From an uncultured Gemmatimonadaceae bacterium (GTDB taxonomy: Bacteria > Gemmatimonadota > Gemmatimonadetes > Gemmatimonadales > Gemmatimonadaceae): 64,000 nucleotides of DNA. Below the pieces are notes generated by a model. That model saw only the letters and a list, made by a program, of their open reading frames with translations, was not told the DNA's origin and ran no database searches. Shown here in pieces: positions 19,818 through 29,954 of the stretch (the first letter of the stretch is position 1; every line of letters begins with the position of its first letter). The stretch is from the NCBI GenBank assembly GCA_963817955.1, contig CAWFQK010000002.1, positions 864,001 to 928,000 on the forward strand, in the 5' to 3' direction. Both the position numbers and the translations under genes were made by a program.

Positions 19818-21377
19818 ATGCCAGCCCCAAAGACCACTCCCGCTCAACGACAGCTGGCCAAGACGCTCAGGCGTCTCAAGGCGCTGCAAGACGGTGGGGC
19901 GGCCGTCTTCCAGGCTCGCGATTTCAGGCCCAGGGAAACGGCGTCGCTCGAGAAGGCGGGATTTCTCCGGCGCGTCGTGAAGGGGTGGTACGTCCCCTCG
20001 CGCCCGTCAGACGCCGCGGGTGACAGCACGCCCTGGTTCGCGGCGATGCTTGATTTTGTCGCCGGGTATTGCGACACGCGCTTTGGCGCGCGCTGGCATC
20101 TGTCGCCGCTGCATTCACTGCTCGTCCACACGGGCGCCACGAGCCTGCCGCGGCACATCGTCGTGCACGCGCCCGAAGGCGCAAACAATTCGATCGAGCT
20201 CCCTGAAGGGAGTTCGCTCATGCTGTACGCGAGCCCGAGCTTTCCGCCCGTGCGCGAGATCGCGCAGTCTGGAGCGTTGCGTGTACTCCCGGTGCCGGCG
20301 GCGCTCATAGCCGTTTCCGAGCATTTCTTCCAGAGTTGGCCCGTCGAAGCGCAGGTTGCGCTGGCGCAAGTGCGGGACGCTTCCGACCTCAGTCGTCCGC
20401 TCCTCGAGGGAGGCCGACCGGTGGTCTCCGGACGACTCGCTGGCGCGCTCCGGGCGGCCGGCCGGGCCGCGATGGCGGACGAGATCCTCGAAACCATGCG
20501 CGACGCCGGCTACGACGTGCGCGAGTCGAATCCGTTCGACGCACCGCTGCCCGTCCTTGGCCGGACGAGGGCCGAGTCGCCACACGTGCTGCGCATGCAC
20601 CTTCTCTGGCAGCAGATGCGCGACGTCGTGCTGGGGGCGATGCCGCCCGAGCCGGGACCGCCGCCATCACCAGAAGCGACCGAGGCCTATCTTGCGGATG
20701 TGCAGGCGATCTACGAGACGGATGCCTATCACTCGCTCTCCATCGAGGGCTACCGCGTGACTGAGGCCTTGATCGAGCGCGTCGCCACGGGCAACTGGAA
20801 TCCCCTCGACGGCGCCGGCGATGCGGCGCAGGACGCGTGGGCGGCGCTCGGGTATCACCGCGCGTTCCAGGCGGTGATGGGATCGGTCGGCCGCATGCTC
20901 AGCGGCGAGTCGGCCGCCGACGTCGTGGCCGATGACCATGCCCGCTGGTATCGGCAGCTCTTCAGTGCGAGCGTGGACGCCGGCGTACTCGAAGCATCCG
21001 ATCTGGCAGGCTACCGAAACGGGCCCGCCTACATCAAGAACGCCACCCACGTCCCGCCGTCGCCCGAGGCTGTGCGCGACATGATGCCGGCGTTTTTCGA
21101 GCTTCTTGCCGGCGAACCGAGCGCCGGCGTGCGCGCCGTCCTCGGTCACTTCTTCTTCGTCTTCATCCATCCGTACATGGACGGCAACGGCCGCATGGCG
21201 CGCTTCGTCATGAATGCGATGCTGGCCTCTGGCGGATACCCATGGACCGTCATCCGGCACGAGCAACGCGCCACCTACTTTGCCGCGCTCGATGCCGCCA
21301 GCGCCCGGTCGGATATCGCGCCGTTCGCGCGGTTCATCGCTCTTGCGGTGGCGGCACCAATGCCGCCGGCCAAGTAG
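19818..21377 (+). CDS. Fic-domain protein
   Basis: HPYMDGNGRMARF Fic motif; YHSLSIEGY (inhibitory-motif-like). Confidence 0.92.
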   Translation: MPAPKTTPAQRQLAKTLRRLKALQDGGAAVFQARDFRPRETASLEKAGFLRRVVKGWYVPSRPSDAAGDSTPWFAAMLDFVAGYCDTRFGARWHLSPLHSLLVHTGATSLPRHIVVHAPEGANNSIELPEGSSLMLYASPSFPPVREIAQSGALRVLPVPAALIAVSEHFFQSWPVEAQVALAQVRDASDLSRPLLEGGRPVVSGRLAGALRAAGRAAMADEILETMRDAGYDVRESNPFDAPLPVLGRTRAESPHVLRMHLLWQQMRDVVLGAMPPEPGPPPSPEATEAYLADVQAIYETDAYHSLSIEGYRVTEALIERVATGNWNPLDGAGDAAQDAWAALGYHRAFQAVMGSVGRMLSGESAADVVADDHARWYRQLFSASVDAGVLEASDLAGYRNGPAYIKNATHVPPSPEAVRDMMPAFFELLAGEPSAGVRAVLGHFFFVFIHPYMDGNGRMARFVMNAMLASGGYPWTVIRHEQRATYFAALDAASARSDIAPFARFIALAVAAPMPPAK

Positions 21378-21816
21378 GCCGAGGCTGAATGGTGACGCGT
21401 CTCAACGCCGCACGGAATGTGACCGCTTCGGCCGGAATACGCACTGGTGAGGGAATGGCACATGCGGCCGCGCCGCCTCGACTCGTCATCATGTCGGGCC
21501 GGATCTTGAAGATGAGTCCTGGCGCGGGAGAACGATCCACTCTACACGCAGCTTTGGAACGAGTTCTCGTCGGCGCGGCAGCGGGCTTTACTCGCCGTTC
21601 GTCGCGAGAACGGGCAAGGCTTGAAGTCGAGCGAATTCGTGGCTCGCTACTCGATGCCCGTCCCCACGATGTTGAGGACCCGTTGTTTGGAAAGTGGCTC
21701 GACGCCCCCGAGCGACCCGACCTCAAAGCGCAGGGCCGGATCGCTCACGTCGAGGGTAGCCTGCCCACGAAGGACCATGTTGCATGGCTCGGAGCAGGCT
21801 GCAGAGATCTGCGTAT

Positions 21817-23157
21817 CTATCGCGGTGGGACTCGCGGCTTGCGCGAGGTAGCGATTGGGGCCGCCACGTCAGCGCGCGGTGCGAACTCCACCGTATACTT
21901 CGCGTCGCCAGCCTCTTGCATGTCGGTTGCCGAAACTGGCATCAACTCAACGATCCACGTTCCCGCCTGCGACAACGCAACCGGCAGTGGCATCGGCCCG
22001 GTGACCACGGTCGGCTTCAGCGCCAGCTCCTCGCTCTCTTCATTATAGATGCGCACGCGGATCTGGAGACCCGCGAGTTGAGACGGCCGGACGGTCACGG
22101 TGAGGTTCTCCGGTTTCTCCGCCTTGTAGATCAGGCGACTCGTCTCGCTCGTCGACACCTTCGCGTTCGATCGTGCGTCGAAGTTTGCCGGCAACTTGAA
22201 GGCGCTTGACACTTTGCTCGTTGCCGTCACCGCCTCGCCGGTCGCTTTGTCGTCGACCACAGAGAACTCGAGGCCGACCGACTGCGTTGCACCCCACGGC
22301 TGAACCTCGACGCGAAACATCTCGTCCGACTTGGGCGTGAACGCGCTCGATTCGTAGTAGCCCGTCGGGGTGTCGTTGCGGTACAGCTCTTCGCCCGTCC
22401 CGCGCATGACCTTTACGAGGAAGTCGCCGGTGCCCATGCTCGCGAACCGGAAACGAACCTTCGTGCCGCCTTTGACGGCGACGTGGCGAATGAACGGCTG
22501 CACCCTCGTCACCGTCGCATTCAATTTGGCGCCCGAGACGAGCGGGGCGACCGATGCGTCACTGCGAAAACCGACCCGAAAATGGCGGGGATAATTCGTG
22601 GAATATCGAATTGATCCGTCCCGCTGGCGCGATTCGGTCGTTTTCGCCGCTGCCGTTGTGCGCGTTTTGAGGGTGTAGTAGCCCGTCTCTGGTAGCGATA
22701 CGCTCTCACCCAGAATCTTGTCGCCTGACCATGTGCTGAAGGCCTTGCGCGCCACAGTGACGTTCGACGGCGCGATCAACTCGTACTCGAACGTCGAAAC
22801 GTTCCCCGGTACGAGCTCGAGGTTGACGGTCTCGCCTTGGCAGCCCCGCAACGAGTCCACGGTCACGACACGCGCCGAGTCGTCGAGCGATGTGAAGAAG
22901 AACTTATCCGAATCGTACTCCAGGCCGTCGTTGAAGCCGCGCGACATGCGCTCGAACGCGAACGTTTTGCGGGTGTTGTTACCGACGCATCCTGTGCTGG
23001 TGACCTGCTGAAACATGCCTTTGATGCCGCCCGAACATTTGTCGAGGATCGGCCGTTCGAGCTTCGGCAAACCGGCACAATCCTGCGCATCCACGGATCC
23101 GGCAAACAGTGTCAACGCAACCAGCACGACTTGGCAGCGAAATCGATGTACCGACAT
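21817..23157 (-). CDS. Secreted protein with repeated beta-sandwich (PPC-like) domains
   Basis: Signal peptide (VDA-Q); beta-rich repeats such as LPETGYYTL and LSQAGTWIV. Confidence 0.65.
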   Translation of the reverse strand: MSVHRFRCQVVLVALTLFAGSVDAQDCAGLPKLERPILDKCSGGIKGMFQQVTSTGCVGNNTRKTFAFERMSRGFNDGLEYDSDKFFFTSLDDSARVVTVDSLRGCQGETVNLELVPGNVSTFEYELIAPSNVTVARKAFSTWSGDKILGESVSLPETGYYTLKTRTTAAAKTTESRQRDGSIRYSTNYPRHFRVGFRSDASVAPLVSGAKLNATVTRVQPFIRHVAVKGGTKVRFRFASMGTGDFLVKVMRGTGEELYRNDTPTGYYESSAFTPKSDEMFRVEVQPWGATQSVGLEFSVVDDKATGEAVTATSKVSSAFKLPANFDARSNAKVSTSETSRLIYKAEKPENLTVTVRPSQLAGLQIRVRIYNEESEELALKPTVVTGPMPLPVALSQAGTWIVELMPVSATDMQEAGDAKYTVEFAPRADVAAPIATSRKPRVPPR

Positions 23158-23406
23158 GGCTCTCCGTTCTAAATGGTGTGCGGGACGTCCGGCGATTGGC
23201 GCATCATGAAACCGGCATTGCTGCTAGGCGATCCAGTGGGTCCGAATAGCAGCAATGCGCATGGTGCGGAATCGTGCGTGCAAGTCGGACCCGATCGCCT
23301 CCACGTATCGAGGGCACGAATGGGGTACCAGCTGGCACCAGACCGGCGGCCACACCGCAAGCATCGGTCGGGACGTGCGCGAACTTGACTTGAAGTTCGT
23401 GGGTCA

Positions 23407-23597
23407 TCCGACTCTATAATAGTGGGCGGGAAAGATTAGAAGGTTGGGGTTTTCCGGCCTCATAATGGGTGGAATAGATTAGACGGTTCTCATCATCGGG
23501 GATCGAGGTCCCGCCCACCGCACTGGCCGTGACCCCCAGGATCGTCGCGTATGTCGTCCGGTCCGCCATCGCTGGTACTCTAATGAGAATACCATAC
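23407..23597 (+). repeat. Junction repeat X, copy A (5' half locally duplicated)
   Basis: GGAAAGATTA...TCTCATCATCGGGGATCGAGGTC...CCCACCGCA...CCATCGCTGGTACTCTAATGAGAATACC, aligns with 48710-48856. Confidence 0.9.
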
Positions 23598-23671
23598 TAT
23601 GCTGGGCGACCCACTCAAATCCCGGAGAGGGCTCACGTTCACGCCCGTCCGGTCGATACTTCCACGTCGGC

Positions 23672-24094
23672 ATGCTCGAAAAGTGGTTCCAGACGGTACG
23701 TAACCGTTGCCCATTTCAGCATGCCGTCGCCATCACGATCATCTCATCCGACACAATGCCCTCCTCCCTCGCTCGCACCTTCGCACAGAGTGACGTGCTC
23801 GGCAATCTTAGGGTGGTGGCAGGCGGTGACATCATCCCGGCGAGAGCCTCCGTGCGGCCATCCGAAGACGCTTCGGAACCAGAGGCCGGAATCACATCAC
23901 TCGAAATGACCCCGTGCCCATACTGCTCCGCCGAGGTTGCGTGCAGGCCTCACGTGATCAAACTGGGCGTTGATCCGCGGATTCAGATGTTCGCAAAGGC
24001 GGGTTACTGCCAGTGCGGCTTCGCCGTTCTGACGCCGTACGCACTGACCGCAATCGACGACATCGCGCGTGCGACGACATTGCGCGTGCGCTGA
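23672..24094 (+). CDS. Small zinc-ribbon protein (CPYC...YCQCG), copy 1; real start may be ~23906
   Basis: Duplicated at 47192-47437; a 17-bp duplication near 24055-24090 alters its C-terminus. Confidence 0.45.
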   Translation: MLEKWFQTVRNRCPFQHAVAITIISSDTMPSSLARTFAQSDVLGNLRVVAGGDIIPARASVRPSEDASEPEAGITSLEMTPCPYCSAEVACRPHVIKLGVDPRIQMFAKAGYCQCGFAVLTPYALTAIDDIARATTLRVR

Positions 24095-24183
24095 TGGCTT
24101 GCGACGGAGTCAGCGGGTGCACGCCTTGAAGGCGCTGGTGTCAAACGCGCCGGCCGTCCAGTGGCCCTGATGCTGTCCCCGGC

Positions 24184-24440
24184 GCGCTGATCGACCGTCT
24201 CCACCATGCGTCGGACCTCGTCCCAGGTGATCGCGCGTGGCACGTCCGCCAAGCGAGAGCGCTGCGGCATTTCCAGGATCCGACTCAGATCACGGCCGAG
24301 GATCCCTTCGCGATGGAGATTGGGTCGCGCCCTGCGCCTGCGCGAAGGGACCGAACTGCATCAACGAGGGCACACGGCGATAGACATTTCGGGTCGCGTA
24401 GCCGCGCTCCGTCATCCATGTGACGTAGCGCTCAGTTGGC
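24184..24440 (-). pseudogene. Tyrosine recombinase relic (RIT-element RitA-like), internally deleted
   Basis: ERYVTWMTERGYATRNVYRRVP joined to LHREGILGRDLSRILEMPQRSRLADVPRAITWDEVRRMVETVD. Confidence 0.7.
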
Positions 24441-24442
24441 AG

Positions 24443-24805
24443 TCACCGTAGCTTCCAGCTTCTCTGCCACACTCCGAAACCAGATTTCGACACGGTCGAA
24501 CGCGGTGTGGTGAGCGAGCTGAAATCGGGAACAGCCAGCAGTCGATGCTTCGCGATCGCCGCGATGGAATCCATATGGTGGATCCGCAGCGCAAGGCGCA
24601 GCGCGCGTAGTTTCGACGTCTCCTTTCTGCTGGCGCGGCCACCAACCTCCTGAGCGGTGGAGGATGCGCTGATTTGATCGATGGTGGCGGTGAGCTCCTG
24701 CCGAGCGAAAGAACGCATGAGCGGGGCGAACGCCGTGGGTTGGGCATCGAGAAACGCGTCGATGCGGCGGAGCGCTTGCCGCATACTGCCTTCGTGGTAT
24801 TTCAT
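24443..24805 (-). pseudogene. Fragment of a helical hypothetical protein fused downstream of the hsdM relic
   Basis: MKYHEGSMRQALRRIDAFLD...LRALRLALRIHHMDSIAAIA; begins where hsdM homology ends. Confidence 0.45.
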
Positions 24806-24806
24806 G

Positions 24807-25261
24807 TGGGGTCCGACGACTTCGACCATTGCCGCGATGAGCGCTCGCGGTGTGAAGTACTGTCCCGCGCCGCTCTTCACATCCTCGGCGTTCTTCTGGA
24901 GCAGGCCTTCGTAGGCGTCGCCCTTTACGTCGACGCCGAGGCTAGTCCATTGCTCCTTGCCAATGAGGTCGACGATGAGGCGGCGGAGCTTGGCCGGGTC
25001 CTGGATCTTGTTCTGTGCCTTCCGGAAGATGAGGCCCAGCAGGCCGGACTTCTTGCCGAGTTCTTCGAGAGTGCGTCGGTAGTGCACCTCGAGTTCGTCG
25101 CCTTCGACTTTCAGCAACGCGCTCCAGTCGAATCCCTTCGGGATGCGTGACGGTTTGTTGAAAGGTGGCCTGGACTGTTCATCCGCCATCTTGAGGAACA
25201 GCAGGAACGTCAACTGCTCGACGTAGTCGCCATAGGACAGGCCGTCGTCGCGGAGAATGTT
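24807..25261 (-). pseudogene. hsdM: Type I R-M hsdM N-terminal fragment
   Basis: Near-identical DNA to ~51670-52124 (NILRDDGLSY...AMVEVVGP). Confidence 0.92.
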
Positions 25262-25533
25262 ACGGATGTCGCGGATCCGCTCGAGCAGCTCATCGAAGTA
25301 GTCCGTCTGCCCTTTGCCGGGCGGATTCTTGAGCCGTTCGTCGTCCATGGTGAAGCCTTTCACCAGGAACTCGCTCAAGTGCGCGGTAGCCCACGGCGAG
25401 TATGGCTTGGAGGTTGTAGTGCTCCACCTCGCGGGTGACCTGCCGAGTGCCTTCCTGCCGAACTATCCGGAATTTCCGGATGGTTGGGCCCCGGGGCAAC
25501 TCGCCTTCGTCGAAGATGTTGACGAGGTGCTCG
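25262..25533 (-). pseudogene. RhuM-family (virulence/DNA-binding protein) relic with internal deletion
   Basis: HLVNIFDEGEL..TIRKFRIVRQEG..HYNLQAILAVGYR, then shifted frame LSEFLVKGFTMDDERLK..DYFDELLERIRDIR. Confidence 0.8.
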
Positions 25534-25782
25534 TCGCGGCGCGCCCAGCGGTCTGTCTCATTCAGCGGTGGCATTTCAGCGATATATTGATGTTTGCTCC
25601 GGCGGGACATCATTCAGTTGGGCGTGCCTCTCGCTATCTGGCGCGGCGGGCAGGTGGTCGAGGTCTCGCCGACAGTGTCGAGTTGCCCGTCGACGCCGGC
25701 GGCGCCATGGCTGACGACCGCTGACTCCGAACGGGAGCGACGAGGAGCGATAGATCGACGCAATACTACTTGCCGTGCCACA

Positions 25783-26331
25783 ATGACAAAACCGCGGATC
25801 AAGAGAATGAAGTCGCCGGCGAAGAGGCGGACTACGACGGCGTCATCAGGGGAGAAGCGGGTATTTTCGCTCGATGTATCCATCCTCAGCGGTCCGATGA
25901 GCAAACGCTTCGTCCGGAAGAATCCGAAGGTCTCGCGGACGATCGCGATCCGTGGCGACCACACGCTCGCGCAGCTCCACAGTGCGATCTTCCATGCCTT
26001 CGGCCGCGAAGAAGAGCACTTGTACGAGTTCCAGATTGGCGGCACGGGGCCGATGGACCCCAGCGCGCGGCGCTACGGGCTATCCATGGTCATCGATGAT
26101 CTCTTCGATGAACCAAAGAGCCACGGAAGCGTGGAGCGCACGACCGTCGACTCCCTCGGCCTCGCGATCGGCGACAGTTTCGGCTACTGGTTCGACTTCG
26201 GCGACGATTGGTGGCATCAGATTACCGTGCTCGCGATCACCGCAAAAGCGCCGCGCGGAAAGCTCCCCATAGTGACGCAGCGCGTCGGGCAGAACCCGCC
26301 GCAGTACGTGGACTGGGACGAAGAAGAATGA
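25783..26331 (+). CDS. Plasmid pRiA4b ORF-3 family protein
   Basis: RTIAIRGDHTLAQLHSAIFHAFGREEEHLYEF and YWFDFGDDWWHQI. Confidence 0.85.
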   Translation: MTKPRIKRMKSPAKRRTTTASSGEKRVFSLDVSILSGPMSKRFVRKNPKVSRTIAIRGDHTLAQLHSAIFHAFGREEEHLYEFQIGGTGPMDPSARRYGLSMVIDDLFDEPKSHGSVERTTVDSLGLAIGDSFGYWFDFGDDWWHQITVLAITAKAPRGKLPIVTQRVGQNPPQYVDWDEEE

Positions 26332-27062
26332 GGAAGCAGCCGGAGAAGTCCAAGATCAACGGCGTGCTCGAAGAGTTCCTCAAAGAGCAACGCTCGAGGC
26401 TCGCGCCCAGAACCCTGGCGAAGTACGACACTGTGCTCGATCTCCTGCAGACTCACTTGAACGGCTACGCCTCCGAGAGCTTGTCCGCATCGGAGGCGGC
26501 TCTCTTCGAGCGGTGCTACAACGCCAAAGGTGAGGAACACCGCGAGTTCTGCGAACTCTTCGGCCCGGAGAAGATCGTCGAGCATCTCGACAGCTTCCTC
26601 GGCTACTTCATGATTCGCAAGGTGATCGCCGGGGAGGACCTCCTGCGGTCGGCAGGCACCGTGACGAAGAAGCTCTCGCAGTGGCTCGGCGAGAATGGCT
26701 ACGTCTCACTCGAAGCCGGCGATGAAGCGATGGAGAGGAGCGCCGCCTCCGCCCGGGATTTGCCCAAGGCCGAGCGCGCTGCGCAGATTCTCCGCAACGT
26801 CACCGATCGGCTTTCGATCGATGCGTCGAAGCTCGCCGACGACGATTACCTGGAGTTTGATCACTACACGATCGCCAAGGTGGAGTCCGGTCAGCTTTGG
26901 CTTGCGGTCTGGCAGGATCAAAGGTTGCGCAAGGTTGGGCCGATCCCGGCTCCCGAATCCGCGACCCGATGGCTGCGTCCCGGCTGGTCCATCAGTTGTG
27001 CCTTGGGCCGAATTCGCAAGTCGTGGCGTCTTCTCGACGTGGCGAACGTATACCCTGGGTGA
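26328..27062 (+). CDS. Hypothetical protein with integrase SAM-like N-terminal helices
   Basis: ATGA overlap with upstream gene; LEEFLKEQRSRLAPRTLAKY. Confidence 0.7.
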   Translation: MRKQPEKSKINGVLEEFLKEQRSRLAPRTLAKYDTVLDLLQTHLNGYASESLSASEAALFERCYNAKGEEHREFCELFGPEKIVEHLDSFLGYFMIRKVIAGEDLLRSAGTVTKKLSQWLGENGYVSLEAGDEAMERSAASARDLPKAERAAQILRNVTDRLSIDASKLADDDYLEFDHYTIAKVESGQLWLAVWQDQRLRKVGPIPAPESATRWLRPGWSISCALGRIRKSWRLLDVANVYPG

Positions 27063-27598
27063 GCGCGGTCTGGCCGACAGCGCTTGGGCAGTGAAACCGA
27101 TGGCTCGACGCAATGGAACCGAGGAGAGCGGACGAAACTGCCGTCCGCGTTAGGCTCTCGGAAACCCGTGGGGATCGATGTTTACGTGTTCGCCGCTTTG
27201 CGCGGCATGAGTCCGACCGGTTGCATCCCCAAGCCGAAAAGCGCCCGCTCGGGCATCGGTCACGTCATAGTGAATCCGGAAGGTATCCGATACGAAAACT
27301 TCCATCCGCGTGGGAACGGCGCATCTGCGTGCGCCGGACCCCGGTAGTCCCAGTCGAGAACGGCATTGAGTTGCTCCACAGCACCTATCGCAGTGGGATA
27401 GAGCTGTTGGAGGATCGTCGCACTGAGGCGTCGGCATCGGAAGTACTGTCGGATTCTGTCTCCGAAGAAAGCGATCCGTCGCCACAGCCGGTGATGTCAC
27501 GGTGCTTCGGCTGGCTCCTCACTCATACGAGATCGCGGCGAGGGCGACAGCTTCCGTATGTGACCATTTGCAGCGAACGGCTATGCCACGAAGTTCGC

Positions 27599-27835
27599 TC
27601 AGCGGTCGCTCCCCTGGTCCTCCTGGTATAGCGGTTCGAGGTCGATGAGTTCGACGTCGGACCGCCCCCGAGCGACCGTTCGCACCTCGGTCGTGAAGGT
27701 CCCCGCGAAGGCGAGGAGCTTGGCGTTGGCCGCCCGCGGGCCCAGCGCGGCCCGCGCGGCTGTGAGCCGCGCGAGATGGCGGGCGTCGAAGCGCCGCCCA
27801 GCCTTTGCCTCGCCGAGTGCGAGGATCGTCCGGCC
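27599..27835 (-). pseudogene. C-terminal PD-(D/E)XK fragment of an ATPase/DUF234-type protein
   Basis: LALGEAK...RLTAARAAL...VELIDLEPLY, with no upstream ATPase. Confidence 0.5.
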
Positions 27836-27914
27836 GATCATGGCCTTGGGGACGGGTAGCATGATGACGGCTCCGGAAAGACCAGTATGCTATAGACTAC
27901 TCTACTAGTCTTTC

Positions 27915-29744
27915 TTACGCCAGGCCGATCCTACCGTCAGCTGCGGGACATGGACTGTGCAGAACTCGGCTCGACACGACGCGGTTTCTACCCTCGTCCT
28001 TGGCGCGGTAGAGCTCCGCATCGGCCGCCCTGAGCGCCTCATCGTGACTCACCGCGTTGTCGTTGCTCGCGAGACCGACGCTGATCGTGACCCTCAGGCC
28101 GCCAGCGACAGACTCCCAGTCGAACTGCTCGACTGCGCTTCGAATAGACTCGCACACACGATGCGCGTCTGCGAGCGAGGTCTCCACGAACACCATCGCG
28201 ATCTCGTCCCCACCATAGCGGGCGACCACGTCGACTCGGCGGGAATGCGTTCGGATGATGTGCGCGACGGCTCGCAACACCGCATCGCCTGTCGCATGCG
28301 AGAAGGTGTCGTTGACGCGCTTGAAATAGTCGATGTCGACCAGCGCGACGGCGAGCGGATGGGCGTACCGGCGAGCGCGTTCCCACTCGACCGGTAGCTG
28401 CAGATCGAGGTCGCGTCGATTGCAAAGCCCGGTGAGTCCGTCCTCGCGACCTAATCGATCCAGTTCCACGGCCTGCGCTTCGAGTTGCGTCAAGAGCCGA
28501 GCCTTCTCCTGGTTCGCAGCATCGAGCGCCGCGTTGCGCTCACGGAGCAGGTTTGCCTCTCGTTCCTTTTCGCGAACCTCGGACTGGATCATTACGCTGA
28601 GCACGCGGCGCTCGGCGTCCGCCCCGCGCAGTTCCTCGCGCACATCGTAATACAGCTTGAAATGGCGCAATGCGAGCGTCGGCTCGCCACGGGCTTCGTG
28701 CACTGCCACGAGCGCGTGGTGAATGTCCCCCAGTTGCTGCCGTACGTTCGTTTCGCCATTCAGGTCGAGCGCGGCGTTCAAGGCGATCAGCGCGGAGTCA
28801 TACTGCCCGACGCGCACCAACAGCTCACCCGTGCGCAGTTTGGCTTCGGCTTGGTGAACCCGGAGACGGCTCTCAGCGCTCATGTCGGCTACTTGACGAA
28901 ATATCGCGAGCGCGCCTTCAATGTCCCCGGCGTCCGATTTCAGAAGCCCCATGTTCTCGAGAACCTGAACCTCCGAACCGACGTTGCCGGCGGAGCGTGC
29001 GAGCGCGAGCCCTGCCTGATAGTGCATGAGCGCGGTCTCTCGTTGACCAAGCCTGGCGTGCCCATACCCGATGTTGTTGTGTGCGGTAGCGGCCTGCTCG
29101 GCATCCGAGCAATGGAGGGCGTAGTCCAGGGCGCGCTCGTGAAACGCGAGACTCTCGTGAAACTGTCCGACCGATCCGAGAGCGCACCCAATGTTCATCG
29201 CGGCCATCATGACGCCACGGGTATCGCCGAGCGCCTCGCATAAATCCTGGCTCGCCCGAAACTGGTCGATCGCGGGTGCGATTTCGCCAGCGGCTAAATG
29301 AACCGCGCCGTACGCGCGCCGAGTCTCGGCCTCGCCGGCGGTGTCGAGTAGTTGACGTTGAAGCTCGAGGGCGTCGACGTGGAAGCGAGCGGCTTCCACG
29401 CAATCACCCCGCTGCAGGTGCAGTCGGCCGATCGCGGTGAGTGTCGCGGCGCGCTCCCGACCCTCGCCGAGTTGGGTAAAGATGGTCTCGGCTGTCGTTG
29501 CTTGTTCCAGAGCGCGCTCGACATCCAGGAGACGCGACCGGCATGCCGCTCCGGCGCGCAAGGCGCGCGCCTCACCAAGGCGATAGCCGTGGGCCCGAGC
29601 GAGTACGGCCGTCTCGTCCGCGACGGTCGACCCTGCGCGTGCATCGGTGAATCGCATGGCGTCGGCGCGAGCGGTCGCGGCGTCGACCTGCGCGTTGAAG
29701 TCGCCAGAGGTGACGGCGTCTGATTCGGTGACGACGAGGTTCAA
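27915..29744 (-). CDS. TPR-repeat diguanylate cyclase
   Basis: TPR helices; DGLTGLCNRR, DIDYFKRVND, RYGGDEI (GGDEF variant). Confidence 0.9.
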   Translation of the reverse strand: MNLVVTESDAVTSGDFNAQVDAATARADAMRFTDARAGSTVADETAVLARAHGYRLGEARALRAGAACRSRLLDVERALEQATTAETIFTQLGEGRERAATLTAIGRLHLQRGDCVEAARFHVDALELQRQLLDTAGEAETRRAYGAVHLAAGEIAPAIDQFRASQDLCEALGDTRGVMMAAMNIGCALGSVGQFHESLAFHERALDYALHCSDAEQAATAHNNIGYGHARLGQRETALMHYQAGLALARSAGNVGSEVQVLENMGLLKSDAGDIEGALAIFRQVADMSAESRLRVHQAEAKLRTGELLVRVGQYDSALIALNAALDLNGETNVRQQLGDIHHALVAVHEARGEPTLALRHFKLYYDVREELRGADAERRVLSVMIQSEVREKEREANLLRERNAALDAANQEKARLLTQLEAQAVELDRLGREDGLTGLCNRRDLDLQLPVEWERARRYAHPLAVALVDIDYFKRVNDTFSHATGDAVLRAVAHIIRTHSRRVDVVARYGGDEIAMVFVETSLADAHRVCESIRSAVEQFDWESVAGGLRVTISVGLASNDNAVSHDEALRAADAELYRAKDEGRNRVVSSRVLHSPCPAADGRIGLA

Positions 29745-29746
29745 CT

Positions 29747-29889
29747 GAGCTACTGTCGAAACGTGTGAAAACAGACGAAGACGGTGACCCCTTCTCCGGG
29801 GAGACCAATCACCCCCGGGAGAATCCCGGCAACGAAAAGGAGTTGCCGCCCATGAAGAAGGAAGGTTGAGCCAGCCACGTCAAGCGCGA
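29747..29889 (+). mobile_element. IS256-family left-end relic plus first codons of transposase
   Basis: Aligns with the reverse complement of ~38476-38620 (ATCACCCCCGGGAGAATCCCGGCAACGAAAAGGAG...ATGAAGAAG). Confidence 0.85.
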
Positions 29890-29892
29890 GCT

Positions 29893-29933
29893 GGAAAGAT
29901 TAGAAGGCTCTCATTATCGGGGGAGCGCAGGTC
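29893..29933 (+). repeat. Junction repeat X, copy B (partial)
   Basis: GGAAAGATTAGAAGGCTCTCATTATCGGGG. Confidence 0.8.
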
Positions 29934-29954
29934 ATCCGGGCTAGGGCACGCGCG

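Noticed and set aside
21389..21800. Possible ORF downstream of Fic (also 27084-27600)
   Set aside because: No recognisable motif or convincing start; probably relic DNA I cannot assign
23407..23597. Repeat X as a classical integron attC
   Set aside because: No RYYYAAC/GTTRRRY cores and no IntI gene; kept as a non-canonical repeat instead
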